DNA of 55,940 nt from contig KZ538652.1 of NCBI GenBank assembly GCA_000934665.2, positions 1 through 55,940 of the forward strand, read 5' to 3'. Shown here in pieces: positions 25,301-37,204 of this stretch. This DNA comes from Catajapyx aquilonaris (taxonomy: Eukaryota). Position numbers and translations under genes: made by a program. The notes beneath the pieces were generated by a model. That model made no database searches, was not told the origin of the DNA, and saw only the letters and a program-made list of their open reading frames with translations. Every line of letters begins with the position of its first letter. Within the stretch, counting starts at the first letter, position 1.

Positions 25301-27309
25301 AGTCACCAACATGTAAGCCATGGGTGTGCCAAGGTTTCAGCTGGCTGACATGTGTGGAAGTGGGTTACGGACGGTTAGGGAGGTGGGACAAACATACGTA
25401 CAAATATTGCCATTTATATTAAGAGATTACAAGCAGTAGCTTTGGACTAAGTGTACAGTACATGTAATTGTTATCAAGTATATTAGCTGCCAATGTTAGG
25501 TTGAATATGCACATCCCTTGTTCATTTGGGAGTCTGCATTTAATAATAATTCACACCCTGTTATCAGCCATCAGCTCTTTAGGGGGGAAGTTTGTTTTGC
25601 TTGGAACTCTTTGCTTTCATTTTACTGTGCTCTTTGGGATAGGATAGGTACGGAAGGAAACGGCAGTGGCCTATTAATTACGGAAGCAAATCCGGAATTT
25701 TCCTGGAAGGACCGTGGGAAGTCACAGAAAACCACGGTCAGAATTGCCGGCAACCGGGATTTGATCCCAGGACCTCCACATTAGCAGTCGGACACCATAT
25801 CCCCTCCTCCAAACTGCTTCTGTAGGAATCTGCATTTTGTCATCCATCAAAAAAATAATCTGATGATTCAGTTGCTTACCCTAGTTACGCTGGCTGCGCT
25901 TTCATCCGATTTTCGTCTTGGTTGCTTCGTCTGGCTTTGAGATGAGGAGGCAAGGAGACGGGGTCGCTGTTTCTTCACCCAATAAAACACGATTGCTTTT
26001 CCTATGCCAAACTTCCTTGCTGTTTCAGTCATGTTGTGGCGACATAAGGAATCACCAAAGTCATAGGCATCCAGAACTTTCTTCCTTAAATCTGGTGAGT
26101 AATGTGCCTTCTGTCCTCTCGATCTCCCCGAGACCCGTACGTTCTTTTGTGCTCCCTTCCGTTTTTCTCCCTCAGCAGGCAGCGTGGACTTGGGTACGAG
26201 TTCCCCATCTGGCAGGAGGTCATCTCCCTCATCTACCTTGGCATAAACACCTCTCGTATCCTTCTGAAACCAAACATCAATTACGCATGAGGAATTTGAA
26301 AATTAATTTATAGCTGAAGCTTGGTTTCAAGAACTCTGCATGCAGCGTCCCTCAGCCTTGAGGCATATGAAAACATGTCCAACCCAGCAAAAAGCCCCCC
26401 CAAACTGACCAAGACTTGTAGATTGGCCTCAGCCGCAGACTTTGAATGGACTAAGGGTATAACCCCAACAGGAAATTTCTTTCACTTTCACCATAGCCAT
26501 AGGTAACTCTTCTAGTGTCAGGGCCGGAAGTGGTCAGGTTCTTTACAAATATCGAATTTAATGACCTGAACAAGCAAATTAATGACCAATTAATGACCCA
26601 AACTTGACCATACAATGGCTTCCTGGGATTAACACTTCGCCAAAAGCAACTGAAGAAAATGTGTTTTTCAGAGGTATGGGGGTACAGTACCGTTCATAAA
26701 GAATGGTACGACTCTACATGGACGAAATGATTATTCTGTTCCCAACCCCTGGGTCGCCACACAGTGATCTAGATTCGGAAAACCCTGGTCACAATTATAG
26801 TTATCATCCTAGAAGGATAAAAATAAGTGAAACCTCCTGCAGACTGAGATTTGAGAACCAACACCTGAAACAGCATTGATCAGCACCAGTCCTCAAATAA
26901 GTACGAACCTCATCCTCAGATGACTCGCTCTCAAGGTCAGACACCACTACGTCTTCGCCGCTGTCTTCCAAGTCAGAGTCCCTGCCCCTTCCAGAGTGAC
27001 ATTCCCTCATTTCCGACATCTTCTGTCGAGCCTTCAGTTTGGATTGCCTTGTTCCACGCTGCACTTCCACCTGAGCCAAAACGTACACCATTATTATTTT
27101 CCTCTTTGCGTAAAAAAAAGTATTGCGCCCACAAACTGTTGTATCTTTACAATGGCCACAGGACAATTCTGACCCTATCAGTCACGCCATGTGCTGCCCC
27201 CCTGTCACTCCCACACACAATCGGTTACTCCCTCTCCACTCTCCTTGACCAATACAGATTTTGTACCCAGCACTAGGTGCAGTCTGAAGATGATCCACAC
27301 AGCATGGTT

Positions 27310-27381
<72 letters not shown>

Positions 27382-30300
27382 TATTCATACCCCGTTATCA
27401 GCCATCGGCTCTTTAGGGGGGAAGTGTGTTTTGCCTGGAACTCTTTGCATTCATTTTACTGTGCTCTTTGGGATAGGATAGGGACGGAAGGAGGAAACTT
27501 TTCCGTCATAAGTCGTACACATTTAAAATACACTGAAAATCCTCCATAAAAATAAAACCAACGTTATATAACTGAAATAGTTTCTGCTGCATCCAAGGTG
27601 AAAGGTATTGAAAAGTTTCCGTCAAGGCTGGTCTGTCTTAAATTATTTTGAATCATCTGAGACATTTAACGAAAGATTATTACCAGAGGCAGTGACGTGG
27701 ATCCCTCGTCTCCTGGGCAATTGGCCTCGCAGTCAGCAGGTACATCACTACTGTTGCAATTGCCTTTGGTGTGTACATCATTGTCCTCCTCCACTTCCTC
27801 CATCTGCTGTGCATTCTCATTGGCAGGATTGTCACTCTGGGGCATTCCCACCTGCAAAAGTGAACGTTTTAGTTTAGACATGTACATTTTTGAATGAACT
27901 GGTCTTACCACAGGAGGAGACTCCAGATTTGCTTCGTTGGTTCCCAACTGGAATGATTTGGATTTCTTCTTCTCCCTACTTTGGGAAATGCCATTGAACA
28001 AGTGAGCTGGGCGGTTTCTGCCATGCCTCCTGAGATACCCCGAACAAGCATTGCACAACCACTCATTCGTCTTAACAAGCTGCCAGCGACACGAGACGGA
28101 TGTGTTGCAGTTGAAGCAGCTCCGACTTAGATCACCACCCTGCAATCATCACAAAGTGTGTCATTCACACAATGTAGGACATCCTCACATTGAAAAACAA
28201 TAATAATTATGAGCTGAGATGTTGGCCACTTCATTTGAATTGCATACTATTAACCACAAAAGTAATGTCGCGACTGCTTGTGTGCTTTTGTGTCTGTGTG
28301 TTGGTAATCCTGGGCGCTGCCAGGTAAGCGTGGTTGTTTGTTTGGCGTCATTCCGGAAAGTTTAATGTTGAGTGATGTAGAGGACATTTATACAGGATGG
28401 AAAATCTTTCTGAAATGCAGTGATTCCCCTATGTTTAGGTTTAAGTTCATTAGAGCCAAAGCAACTCTGGCTATCTGGCTATAAGAAGATGAAAGGTGGG
28501 ACAGGTGGAGGCAGAAATAAGAGCGGAAAGACTGGTGTCTCCCTTAGTTCACCATTCACGTGCCACGCAGGAGAGGAAATTAGTGATGATTTGATTCAAC
28601 TTACACCTGCTGTACTGCATGTCACTGCATCTGGCGTTGGGAGTCTGGATGACAATGGAGGTTGAGTTGTTCCTTCTGACGATCTTGGCTGCTGCGACAA
28701 AAATGGAGGAAAAAAAATTATAAAATCAAAATGCCATTGTCATGCATTTTCTTCTTGACTACAATGCACCAAGTATTTTAAAATGTTCAATTTAACTCTC
28801 TGAAGCAAGAGTATTTCCCTTACACTTGCAAGGAATGGCCCAGCTGGTCATTCAAACAGGGTTTTTAAAAACTTGATATGCTAACAGTCATGTCATTAGC
28901 GTTTTTACTTTGCATTACATTTCCATACGCCTGAGTTCCCATTAGCTTTCAAATCCAACTTCTCCGATTTGCCAAAAGCTTTTAGGAGCAATTCGAATGG
29001 AAAACTACAAAAATAAATTTGGCAGCTTAATCACGACAGTTGTTGTATTGCCCACCTCTTCTACATATCCAGGTTGCTTCAATAATTTGGATAAGTGGTG
29101 GTGGGATCCCATCAACGTGACACAAATTGACAATGTTTCTGGGAGAATACTAAACTTATTGGAAGGGGATTCCCTTTTGTGCCCACCAGACTGTTTTGGA
29201 TGTGACACTGTCAGCTAACGCAACGGCTCAGAAGTACTCAAAATCAGTGACTCGTGAGTGAATGACTCACACTTTCTGGACTGCTAGTCGAGGCATCTTG
29301 CACTGTTGGTCTGGGGGCCTTTTTGAGTAGGTGTGGTCGCATGGACTTGACCCAACCCTGCATCGTCCTGCAGTTCACATCAAACACTCGCGCAGTTTCC
29401 TTCAAATTGCCACGACACTTGGGCTCACCAAACTCATAGGCATCTAGCACTCTGTTCTTGAAATCCAGGGAGCGACAGACAGGTGGTGCCACAATTCTGG
29501 TCGTGGGAATTGCTGGGGTTGCCTGGTATGGGGGGGTGAAAGAAATGCCATTTAGATAATGCTGTCAAGGTCATGCACTCATTACAGCCTTAAATGTGAT
29601 TTGGCATAAATCGGGTACCTCCTGTACTGGCAAAGAGTGTTTTCAATAGTTCATTCCATGTGTGCCGAAAGGTAGACCTTGAGTGAACCTCTCTGTTGCT
29701 ATTGGAAAATAGAATTTCAGGAGCCACTTCAAAGTGGGCAGTAAACATTACCGGTTTGGCTGGATATTCTGGGGTGCCAAGCTGTTCTTCAATAAATAAA
29801 TGCATGACATAATTAAAATTGGTATATGTTTACGGCCTTAGTGGTTTCTGGAGGTCACTCATGGCCTAAAGCCAATTGAATTTTGGGAAACATTACCTGA
29901 AACAATTTTATAGCTCTAAAATGAGTTATGCATACCTCATTCTCAGATGACTCACTCTTATGGTCAGACACCACTAAGTCTTCGCCGCTGTCTTCCAAGT
30001 CAGAGTCGCTGCCCCTTCTAGAGTGAAGTTCCCTCATGTCCGTCATCCTCTGTCGAGCCTTCAGTTTTGATTTCCTTGGTCCAGAACGCACTTCCACCTG
30101 AGAAAAAAAAAATACTATTTTTGCCACTTTTGCCTGGAAACGTTTTATGCCTGCTTAAAAAGGCTACGCCATAACTCTGGATCTGTCACCCCCACACCAA
30201 TCCCTTACTTGCACAGACTGAAGATGATTTGACAGATCCAGATTGATCACGTATCTACTGTGCCTTTTGCCACATGATTTAAACCATGGTTTAAACCAGC

Positions 30301-33300
30301 CAACCCAGCTACGTGAAGCAGTTTAATCACCATTAGTATTAATATAAGTTACGTACTTCATCTTCAGAAGACTCGCCCTCAGAGTTATACACCACCGTGT
30401 CTTCAGAGTCGCCTCCAATGTCAGAGTCACTGCCTCTTCCTGCATGACGTTCCCTCATTTCCGTCATCCTCTGTCGAGCCTTCACTTTTGATTTCCTCGG
30501 ACCAGACCGCACTTCCACCTGAGCGAAAAGAAGACAATTTGTTCCCTCTTTGACTGAATGCCTGCAAACCATCCCATGCTTAAAACGACACCAATGACCT
30601 GAACTCTGGACCTGTCACCCCCCAGTACCTATCCCTTACCCCCTCTGCACAGACCGAAGATGATAGACAATATGGGGCCAGGCACAAAATGAGTGATAGT
30701 ACCTCAAACAGTTCCCAAACGACCTAATGCCTTCTGGTTGTTGGGAAACAAATAAACAAGCAGAATTCCCTCCGTGCTCAGTCCATGCTTCATACCTCAT
30801 CCTCAGACGACTTGCTCTCGGTGCTGCCTCCCACAACGTCCCTCGTTTCCCTCTCCTCCTGCTGAGTCTCCACTTCTGAGACTCTTGGGCCAATGTCCAC
30901 TTCCACCTAAATGAAAAGTCAGTTTATTAATCCACCTCCGGATGAAGATAACCGCCAGATGTTCCCACCACAAGCCCCCCAAGAATACATCATTCCCATG
31001 CTCACATTATGCTCTCCATTCCCGGTTTGAGGGACATCGTCAGGCATCTCCGGATCTGTCCCAACACTCGCCCCTTCTTGCTCCGTCTGCACCTAGAGAA
31101 GGGAGAGACCATTAAGAATGAACAATCAACATGAAGTTTTGCATCATGTCCAGATTTCAAATGAATTTACCTCGGCAACTCCCTCCCAACCATTTCAGCA
31201 GCATTCCAGCTGGATTGTAAAAATGAATGTGAAAATTCTGACAGTCTCTTGTTGATTGTTTGCTGCACAATTATTAGGAACACCAAAATCCAAACCGCCA
31301 ATATACTTTGAAGATACATCAGGTGGAATTTTCACTCTACTGCCTAGTCTCTGCCAGCAGTCTGCTACTGCTAATCAGGGTTCTCCCACAAGCCTTTACA
31401 TCAGACACCAATTCAGAGGCATCGAGTATTGTGCACTTAGTTTTACGTCTGATGGAGAGGAAATTTGTCAGCTGTGAAAGATCTGTCCGGAATGCAGTGA
31501 TTACCCCATGCGAAGCAGTGACTGCAGCATTAAAACTTCTCCTATCACCCTCGATTAGCCTTAACCCAAATATGCCTATCGTCCACAATAGGGAACATTT
31601 GTGCAATATATTATGTTTTTATTGTTGTAGTTCTTCTTCAGCTTATGAGACGGCATCGGCATCCCCGTAACTCTATCATTATGCAAGGCAAGGCCTGTTT
31701 CTTTGTCCATTTATCTAATCCATTTAATGCCTATTTAATGCTCATTTCATACCCATTGGGGAAAGGCAACATTTTTTTTTTGTTTGTTTGTCCAGGTTTG
31801 GTTACCATAGAAACAGACGATGGGGAGAATGGCCTCCGCCGCTAGTTACATCGTACCAGCAGCGGAACCCGTACTTTGAATGGCTTGTAGGCCAATGAAA
31901 ACAACAGCAATCAATCACTGTTGATGCTGCTGAACCACTATCATTGTCCTGACTTAAGGGGGCGCATTAGTAAAAATACGGTGGGCGCACTTTTGAGGGA
32001 ATTTTATATTTTGTGGCGAAACAGACGGATAATAGGAAAAAATCACGCCGAAGGTGCCAGCTGCCCAAAGGTTTGGCCTTTACTATGGTACCATACTCGA
32101 TATGATTGCATTAAAATTGTGGACATACGGGCGCAGAAGCGTTCCCGACTTTGTCGCGTTCCTGCCGCCATGTTATTCAAATGGCCTTTTCAGGAACGCC
32201 CCTTTCACTTCAACTCGATGAAAAGGTCACTTCTAGGCTGAAAATGGTAAAATGACGCCGAAGGTGCCCTGCGCCAGATCATGTCCTATTTTTTGGTGTA
32301 AATTTTGTGTCCATTGCACCATATTTGCGGCCGTGCGGCCGCAGAAGCGTAGACATGTCGAATCCCCATATGCTGTCCATGCATACGCGAGTTTGTTTAC
32401 GTGGTCGCCAAGGGCTCGCATTGTTACCGATTGTTACCGTATTTTTTTACTAATGCGCCCCCTTAATCATGGCAACAACAAATAACAATGAAAACCAAGA
32501 CATGGCCATGGCAACAATGGGTCTATGGTGTTTGTGTCGACATTATCGCAGCAGCAACCAAATGCTGCCTGGTTCCGTGGTACTGTAAACAACAACAATC
32601 AATCAATCAATCAATCAATAATTGCTAATGCCATAGAAACTAGTTGCCATTGTAACTACACCTGGACAACCACTTGGCCTTTACCAAATGGATATGAAAT
32701 GAGCATAAAACAGGCATAAAATGGGTATGACATGTGGTAAATGGACAAAGAAACTTTGCCTTTTAATAATAACAGATATAATGAAACCTGCCCATTACAG
32801 ACCCCTGGGTACAGCGGAAATCTATCAATTACGAAAATTTTCCTGGGAACGGGCGTAACCATAGGGCATGCAGTGTTTTTTTGGGGGGATTTTACGGAAC
32901 CTGCCCAATGCGGAAATGGAAGGGATTTTTGGCTCCCTTAGGAGAAAATCTCTGTTCATAACGGAAATCAAAAGGTTCACATTATCTCCCATGAGTCAAA
33001 CATAGAAACTACAGCTGGGTTCACTCTTGGCCCTTCCAGGAGGCCTGAGTAACCCTTGATCTGAATAGAGCGGAAACAGGAAACCTATCCAGTACAGAAC
33101 ATTTTTGGGGTGACCCCGTGCGATTCCGCAATACGCAGGTTTCTCTGTACTACGTTAAGATGCAATAGTGAGTGACTCCAGTGGGAAAAGCCCGTTTTCA
33201 TTTCATGCTACGCGTTATTAATGCAACAAAAATATTAAACACATCCGACGAGAAACAATGTGAGCACACGTGTGTTAAGTGCGGCTCTTACCTGCTCCAC

Positions 33301-33706
33301 CCCTTCTTGGTGGTCTGGCAAGATGAACTCTGGTTCCGGCAGGACCTGCCCGCCTTGGTCCTCCCCGTCCTCCTGTAAGCAGATGTTTCAGGACACATGT
33401 GACTGGGCTTGCACCATGAGCGTGAAGAATACTGACCTGGCAAGTGCGGCCTCCATGGTCCTGTTGGTGCTCCACCTGACGACGACCTCCTCCGACCTGA
33501 GGCCCGGCCAGATCCTCCTCTCCTTCCCCCAGTTCCGCCTTGACCCTGTCCCTTGGCCCGTGTATGAACTGGTGGTGCAACAGCTGCATCCTGGTCCCGA
33601 AGGTGGCGTCCAGGCAGTAGACGCACCTGAACGTGCCTTCCTGGCCCCAGTGGCTGCTCAGGCCCCCACCGCTCCTCAGGGACAGCCTCCTCCGACCGCC
33701 TTCCAT
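18241..33706 (-). CDS. Copy B: 17-exon protein (~1346 aa) with 1 N-terminal C2H2, acidic repeats, 3 Brinker-type DBDs, 2 GATA fingers and 10 C-terminal C2H2 fingers
   Basis: Exons 33706-33437, 33372-33292, 31092-31006, 30906-30796, 30518-30357, 30097-29936, 29522-29271 (Brk), 28691-28605, 28139-27909 (GATA), 27851-27684, 27070-26909, 26263-25880 (Brk), 24611-24525, 24344-24093 (Brk), 22038-21808 (GATA), 21750-21583, 19386-18241 (ZF array, TGA). All are GT-AG, multiples of 3 and in frame. Joint use in one mRNA is inferred. Confidence 0.72.
19575..19650 (+). mobile_element. tRNA-derived SINE-like head (paralogous copies at ~7410 and ~52110)
   Basis: A-box-like TGGCAGAGTTGG and B-box-like GGTTCCATCCC with tRNA-like spacing; no complete cloverleaf. 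Confidence 0.45.
20222..21423. mobile_element. Foldback/Tc1-like non-autonomous element with long inverted arms (interrupted by the hAT above)
   Basis: 20222-20308 plus 21069-21163 is the reverse complement of about 21250-21423. Paralog at about 52720-53145 starts TA-CAGGGTGTCC, a Tc1/mariner-like end. Confidence 0.6.
20309..21068 (+). mobile_element. hAT (Charlie/Buster-type) deletion derivative
   Basis: 8-bp TSD GTCTACGG (20301-20308, 21069-21076) and CAG...CTG termini. Carries the C-terminal dimerisation relic PFATTYLCEAGFS...TKYRNRLTVENDLRLKLT...KQAHPSH*. Empty site in the paralog near 52848. Confidence 0.85.
21808..22038 (-). CDS. GATA finger exon (copy B, second)
   Basis: CVNCSTSVSYRWQLFKTNEWLCNACSRYHNKHGRNRP. 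Confidence 0.85.
22170..22570 (-). pseudogene. Degenerate non-LTR retrotransposon ORF1-like fragment
   Basis: A coiled-coil segment (LADLEVRQNAKLERL...RLRSIEQWNDDLE) followed, after a frameshift, by NQSRRANVLPFGI, resembling the ORF1 'RRNNxxxxGI' motif. Confidence 0.35.
23719..23905 (+). mobile_element. mariner transposase C-terminal relic
   Basis: HPPYYPGLVPSDFHLFGSMKKPL...FEDIVE...VREW...EWFLEGLERLP matches the mariner YSPDLAPSDFHLF motif region. Confidence 0.8.
24093..24344 (-). CDS. Brinker-type DBD exon (copy B, third)
   Basis: SKYSQDFKKKVLEAYQFGDSTSRHKQRATAKKFGLHHKTVQRWVK, the closest match here to the Brinker DBD pattern. Confidence 0.85.
25880..26263 (-). CDS. Brinker-type DBD exon (copy B, second); absent from the ORF track
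   Basis: Manually translated 384-nt open exon: ...HYSPDLRKKVLDAYDFGDSLCRHNMTETARKFGIGKAIVFYWVKK...; tttcAG acceptor and GTAAGC donor. Confidence 0.8.
27313..27381. repeat. (AAT)n microsatellite
   Basis: Perfect trinucleotide run. Confidence 0.95.
27909..28139 (-). CDS. GATA finger exon (copy B, first)
   Basis: CFNCNTSVSCRWQLVKTNEWLCNACSGYLRRHGRNRP. Confidence 0.85.
29271..29522 (-). CDS. Brinker-type DBD exon (copy B, first)
   Basis: Near-identical to 12710-12459; 252 nt, phase 0. Confidence 0.8.
31958..32462. mobile_element. Kolobok-like MITE
   Basis: TTAA duplication (31954-57, 32463-66) and TIRs GGGGGCGCATTAGTAAAAA / TTTTTACTAATGCGCCCCC. Purine termini plus TTAA fit Kolobok rather than piggyBac. 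Confidence 0.7.
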
Positions 33707-35672
33707 CCCTATTCTCAGGCTGCGACCACTGCCAGCCAGGCTACTCCCAGCTGAAAGAGGCAACACAGGAGGGAGTGCTCCTCCAATGCAAGCTGTATAC
33801 AAATGGCGCGGCGCCCACGAAACTTTGCCACGAAACTTAACAACCGTTTGGAAGGGAACACCTGCTCACCATTGTTCCAAATGACAGGAGGAAGTCACGT
33901 GACTTTCTTCAGGCCGATTGCGCGCGTAGCATAGCAGCTCTGCAGATAATATTTTTGCCGCACAATGAGATGCGATCGTCCCACCTACCACCGCCGATAA
34001 TCGATTGATTGGCATGCTAATTACTAGCAGACGATGGCCTCTCCGAGCCAGAGCCAATTAATCCCGGACCGCGCACTGTCCTCTACCTTGTTTATAAACT
34101 CCCAATTGCGCACGTTCGAAGTGAGCGGCAACGGGATCCGATCGATTGGTGCGCTACTGGGCATCATTTGGAACGCGGACGATGTCGGATGGCATAATTT
34201 CCAAATACCATGGTGGAAGGAAAAACGGTGGAGAAACTACCCTATCCCGCAACGCTAGAGACTTGATGCCAGAAACGAAACGCGATGTTAGTTCGGCCGA
34301 CTCCCGCCAGAGGCCCTGGCAGTGAGCATCTAGTCCTGTTTTAACAGCTGATCACAGCAGATGCATGCGGGAGTTATTGCTAATGTTGACCAAATCGGCG
34401 TCTGCGGCGAATTAAACCCGGTAAACTTCTTTGAGGAAGAAAGCAGCAGGTACGTGCTATTGTGTGAAATGGTATTGCAGCCTTTTTTTCTTACGTAAGT
34501 ACTCACATATGGGGATGCTTTCATATCGAAATAAGACCCGGTCCAGCCGGCTCAGGTTTGTGGCTCAGCTGTGTGGCTCACTGTATGTCTCATCTTGTGT
34601 TCATGTTGTATAATTACACTAACAGTAAGTTTGCCTGGTGTAGGATTATTGCAGGTTTGCGATGGAATTCGTCTCCCTGTGGTTTAGCGTCAGGTGCAGT
34701 GAAAATGTGATAGTTTTGTTTACTGCACATCACATATACGAGTATATAGACCTTGATATAGCAAGTCAAAACAGTGTAAAGAGACAAAGTGATACAGCAA
34801 TTAAAGACATTACCATTAATTGCGCAAGTCCTACAAGAAGACATCAATTTTTGTGTGCAAGTCTAGGTGTGTAAGTGCTACGTGAAGTGGACGGAGGGCG
34901 GACCGAAGCACCATCCAGCGGAGGAGAGGGGAAATAGAGGACGGTGGGGTGACCTGGCGGGAGCTTGGGGAACCAAGGGGGAGTGTGGTTGTAGAGAACA
35001 AAGAAAATAGAGTGTGGTACAAAGTGCTAGATTGTTTTCATTACTTTCCCTGTCTCCGGGTCCCGGCCGACCAAGAGGACCACTTCATGGTGTCAGGGTG
35101 GGATTGTCGGGACTGCAGGAGCAGGGACAGGGTGAGTTAAATAAGTTGTGGGGGACAGTGCCGGATCTACGAAATTTCGGAGGGGGGGCAGAAACCTTTC
35201 CTGCCGCCCCCCACCCCCGCGGTTTTAAAGTTTGGTTTCATTTTTGTGACATGGATCTTCTGGGTGCTTCAGGCAGTTGAGCACGCAGAATGTTCTTTTT
35301 GGGGGCTGGCAGGCGAGGAAGCCCGCCGCAGGCGAAATTTTTTTGTGTTCAAGGTCACACAAGCAGAAAGAAATATCATCTTCAGGGTTGTTTTGCATTT
35401 CTGGGAAGAAGTCCCTAAGATGCACTACAGTTTTGACTACCAGTCCAAATAATATACTGTTTGCAGATATTTTCGTAATACATCGTGTCATTGTCCCGGA
35501 CAATACACAAGAGAAGGAGGGTTAGCATGAAAGCTTTCTGATTCGCGACCACCACTTCCAATTCAACCCTACCTCTTTGGTGGTAGTTAATTACAATAAT
35601 CGCTAAATTAACACATCTCGTTTACGGGCAAATTTTCTAGAGAGATAGAATCAATTTGCACAAATAACTACT

Positions 35673-36683
35673 ATCCGTTTATTTAATATAGAGCCCTGTG
35701 TTTGACTCTAAATAACTCCCAGGCAAATTATCCAAAAAAATAATGGTGTGTATCGTTAGAAAGCTTGTTTAAATCCACGTTACATATATGCGAGTTGTTT
35801 TCGTATCGTCCGTCTCTAATTTTTTATCGTAAAAAGAAGGCGGAAAAGTGTCGTTTTTTGACTAGTTTCCGACGTTGCACCGTAAAGTGAATTTTTTATG
35901 ACACTTTCAGGAGGCCAAAAAAATCCCCCTGTGAAACCTGGATAGTTCACATCTTTGTCTATCTAATGATATATTTGAAACATTGAGATCGCCATTTCTG
36001 TAATCATAATTAAGTTAATTTCACACCTCTGTTATCTCGGCCGTTTATAATCCGAATTACTTCGCGAATGTATCGACGGCAAGCCAGAAATGTGTGTGAT
36101 AAGATTACATTGTGCTCTATTACACTAAAAATTTGAAAAGTGTTGTTTTAGTAAGTTTAATAGAAAAGGGCCCAGCCCGCTTTCTGGCGGGAATAGACAT
36201 CGATACTTTTAAATACGTTTAAATTTTTTAGTGTAATAGAGCACAATGTAATCTTATCACGCACATTTCTGGCTTGCCTTCGATACATTCGCGAAGTAAT
36301 TCGGATTATAAACGGCCGAGATAACAGAGGTGTGCAATTAACTTAATTATGATTACAGAAATGGCGATCTCAATGTTTCAAATATATCATTAGATAGACA
36401 AAGATGTGAACTATCCAGGTTTCACAGGGGGATTTTTTTGGCCTCCTGAAAGTGTCATAAAAAATTCACTTGGCGGTGCAACGTCGGAAACTAGTCAAAA
36501 AACGACACTTTTCCGCCTTCTTTTTACGATAAAAAATTAGAGACGGACGATACGAAAACAACTCGCATATATGTAACGTGGATTTAAACAAGCTTTCTAA
36601 CGATTAATGCCATTACCTTTTTGGATAATTTGCCTGGGAGTTATTTAGAGTCAAACACAGGGCTCTATATTAAATAAACGGAT
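35673..36683. repeat. ~1-kb near-perfect palindrome (arms ~460 bp, spacer ~90 bp); foldback element
   Basis: About 35673-36133 is the reverse complement of about 36222-36683. Confidence 0.9.
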
Positions 36684-37204
36684 TTTTTTTTTAGTAGTTA
36701 ACCTTCCTCGCGACCCAAAGTTGGGGTCGCGACCGCAAAACGGAAAAGAACACACAGACAGCGGCCGATTTCCCATTAGGCACAGTAGGCACTGGCCTAT
36801 AGGGGCGGCCGCCCTGCAGGGGCGGCCGCGAGTTGCAATAAATAATATTTATCAAATATAATAATAGGAAATTAAGGCGAGATCACAAAGAAAATCGAAT
36901 TTTTGAGAGCTTGATTTACCACTAGAGGCAGAAAAGGTAATTGCCGAAGGGCGGCCGCCCTCTGGTCGGATATAACTTTCAATATAATATTTTAAAATAA
37001 ATAACATTAAATGAAGGAGATAACACAATAAAAAATTTGCATTTTTAGGCGTCAGGCCGGGGGGAGGGGCGGCAGTATCTCAAGTGCCGAAGGGCGGCCG
37101 GGGGGGNNNNNNNNNNNNNNNNNNNNNNNNNNNNNNNNNNNNNNNNNNNNNNNNNNNNNNNNNNNNNNNNNNNNTGCCCCCCCCCCCCCCCCTAGATCCG
37201 GCCC

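Noticed and set aside
27182..27549. Poly-Leu/poly-Ile ORFs (also 41561..41925)
   Set aside because: Translations of (AAT)n microsatellites.
31308..31670. ORFs on both strands in a segment absent from copy A
   Set aside because: I could not recognise any motif or splice-compatible exon; likely an unidentified TE fragment.
37080..37204. Gly/X-rich C-terminus of the 349-aa ORF
   Set aside because: Read-through into a poly-C repeat end and an N gap; not part of the transposase.
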